NCBI GenBank assembly: GCA_030765485.1
Contig: JAVCCR010000002.1
Span: 12,288 to 76,287 of the forward strand
DNA: 64,000 bases
Direction: 5' to 3'
Origin: Candidatus Gygaella obscura
GTDB lineage: Bacteria > Omnitrophota > Gorgyraeia > Gygaellales > Gygaellaceae
Each line of letters starts with the position of its first letter. Within the stretch, counting starts at the first letter, position 1. Position numbers and translations under genes: made by a program. The notes under the pieces were generated by a model. The model worked only from the letters and a program-made list of their open reading frames with translations, did no database searches and was not told the origin of the DNA. Shown here one piece after another: positions 62,203 through 64,000 of the stretch.

Positions 62203-63251
62203 ACGCCTGTATTATGTTTTCTTTGTTTTACAGCTGCTTTTGATGCAGCTAGTTTACAAATCGGGTCACAAGAAGTAAAACTTTTGTCGTAAAGCCATGA
62301 TCTTGCTGGACACCATTTGCAATAATCCCTCAGATTACATATATCACAATCAAAGGAACCGTTAACTTTCTTGCTTCTTAATAACTTAACAAGCCTATTC
62401 CAACCCTGCTGCAAACTGATTTTTCTAAGATTAAAATTAGGATAATCAATCATTAAACAAAGCTTCAACCTCCCTGAAGGAGAAATAGCCGCCTGGTTAA
62501 TTCCTGACCCGCAATAAAATAAATCTGATACACTCAACCGTTTATTGTTCCTCTTTAACTGAGTGTTATCTTCTTTGATATTGCCAATATCATTTCTACT
62601 ATGCATCCAACTACTATATTCATACGGCTGAAAAGAACCATCAAGTCTCGGAGACAACACCGTATCAAGACGGAATAAAACCTTTAATGATTGTGCAAAT
62701 TTCCTTATTGCAGCCACCTCATGTCTATTGTCTTTTAAAAGACAGGTCTTGAGTCCAAAATTTATATTTTTTTTCTTAAGCATATCTATCGCCTTAAAAA
62801 CTTTCTTTCTTGAACCCTTGCTTGCAGTTACTGCATTAAATACCTTATCACTCATTCCTGGAATAGTAATATCAAGCTTATTAGGAGAAAGCTCCGCCAG
62901 CTCATCCACAATAGCACGATTTAATAAAGAACCGTTTGTATATACTATTACCTGAAACCCCTTTTTCTTAGCAAACCAAAGAATCTTCATTATATCATCT
63001 CGCAAAAAAGGTTCTCCTCCAGTAAAACCAAGATAAAAACAACCTAAATCTTTTAACTGGTCAATTAAGGAAAATATCTTTCTTGTCGATAAATCTTTTT
63101 CTTTTCTTTTGTAATCATCCGGGATATAACAATGTTTACACCTAAAATTACATTTATAGGTCAATTCAAACATCACCCTCAACAATAGATGTTTTTCTTT
63201 AGCTAAATGATGCAGGGCGGATCTAAATTCTGAATAATCCTGATGTTTCAC
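62196..63251 (-). CDS. Radical SAM enzyme with C-terminal SPASM/twitch auxiliary-cluster domain
   Basis: CNFRCKHCY (CxxxCxxC), GGEPFL, and a C-terminal Cys-rich region CGSG...C...CDIC...CKWC. 351 aa. Confidence 0.85.
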   Translation of the reverse strand: MKHQDYSEFRSALHHLAKEKHLLLRVMFELTYKCNFRCKHCYIPDDYKRKEKDLSTRKIFSLIDQLKDLGCFYLGFTGGEPFLRDDIMKILWFAKKKGFQVIVYTNGSLLNRAIVDELAELSPNKLDITIPGMSDKVFNAVTASKGSRKKVFKAIDMLKKKNINFGLKTCLLKDNRHEVAAIRKFAQSLKVLFRLDTVLSPRLDGSFQPYEYSSWMHSRNDIGNIKEDNTQLKRNNKRLSVSDLFYCGSGINQAAISPSGRLKLCLMIDYPNFNLRKISLQQGWNRLVKLLRSKKVNGSFDCDICNLRDYCKWCPARSWLYDKSFTSCDPICKLAASKAAVKQRKHNTGVC

Positions 63252-64000
63252 TTAATTGTCTTTCGTGATTTTAATCTTTTTCTAAGCTTGAGAAAATAAT
63301 CATGTAGTTTTCTAGCAAAATCGCAATAATAAGGAACGCTCGCTTCTTCATTACCAACCTCAAGAAAAGCCCTTGCAGGACAATAATGACAAATTTGTCT
63401 TAAAGAACAATCTCTACATTTTGAATTAGTCTTAAAAACCTGCTTATCTAATTTAACAAACAAGTCTTTTAATGATAACTGAAAATTATGCTCTCTTAAA
63501 TCAACGCTAAATTTATCACTAAACATACAGAACTTAATCTTTCCATACGGATTAAAAAAATAATGCTGCTTCCACAAATTACACTGATAGAGATATTTTC
63601 TTGATTTTGGCAAATCAACAAAACCCTGCAATGCTTTATTTTTAAATTCATTCCGGATATCCGGGTCTGAACGTAATACATCTATGTACTCATTAAAATC
63701 AAGCCTATATTTTGTCGGCGTTAAATCACCATTCAATCTAGGAAGCACTAACGGATCGTATTTAAACCTAAAACCTTTTGAGTGATCCTTCGGCCCAGAT
63801 ATTAACTTATCGCTTAAACGCTTGATCAAATATATCTCATCTTTATTTTGTTTTAGAAGATTAGATTTTAAAACAACAGGCAGGTTCTTCTGGGTAAGCT
63901 TTTTTATTGTTTCTTTTAGTTTTCTAAATGAGTCCTTTACTCCACAAATGCTTTCATATGTATCTGCAGTCGCACCGTTTACAGTAATTTCTATTACCTG
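63248..64000 (-). CDS. Second radical SAM/SPASM enzyme, N-terminus beyond window end (partial)
   Basis: Frame is open from 64000 (…VNGATADTYESICGVKDSFRKLKETIKKL…) through a SPASM-like tail (CNLW...C...CRDC..C..C). The ORF track shows only the part from an internal TTG. ATGA coupling to the downstream rSAM. Confidence 0.75.
   Translation of the reverse strand, partial: QVIEITVNGATADTYESICGVKDSFRKLKETIKKLTQKNLPVVLKSNLLKQNKDEIYLIKRLSDKLISGPKDHSKGFRFKYDPLVLPRLNGDLTPTKYRLDFNEYIDVLRSDPDIRNEFKNKALQGFVDLPKSRKYLYQCNLWKQHYFFNPYGKIKFCMFSDKFSVDLREHNFQLSLKDLFVKLDKQVFKTNSKCRDCSLRQICHYCPARAFLEVGNEEASVPYYCDFARKLHDYFLKLRKRLKSRKTIK

Overview
The window is a low-GC (roughly one-third GC) bacterial chromosomal segment, very gene-dense and almost entirely coded on the minus strand. 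Its content points to an anaerobic diderm: it carries LPS/outer-membrane machinery (kdsABCD, hldE kinase domain, two GT9 heptosyltransferases, lptB plus an LptC/LptA-like protein, mlaFED, lolCDE, lgt) together with a Firmicutes-style gene order (mcsA-mcsB-clpC ... radA-yacL-ispDF-cysES-tmk-holB-ricT-metG). It also carries an Rrf2-headed operon that joins Suf Fe-S assembly to superoxide reductase and other ROS-detoxification genes. No rRNA, tRNA, CRISPR array or obvious mobile element is visible. The most unusual content is listed below.
(1) 55.1-64.0 kb: a tightly coupled operon of two tandem radical-SAM/SPASM enzymes, a fused ABC exporter, two peptidase-U32-family Fe-S proteins (UbiU/UbiV/RlhA-type), a GT4 glycosyltransferase, a WecA/MraY-type polyprenyl-phosphate sugar-1-P transferase and an ArsB/NhaD-type permease. 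The operon runs off the window edge.
(2) A glutamine synthetase carrying an N-terminal HTH_17 DNA-binding domain, expressed from a consensus sigma70 promoter bracketed by a perfect 9-bp inverted repeat.
(3) An orphan ~100-nt promoter/terminator-bounded transcript with three (A)CAAGGA motifs, CsrA-sponge-like.
(4) A DUF1573-CcdA fusion next to a secreted CxxC protein.
(5) A 70-aa Cys-rich ORF translationally wedged between def and trxB-trxA.
All functional calls come from reading motifs in the provided translations. No database search could be run.
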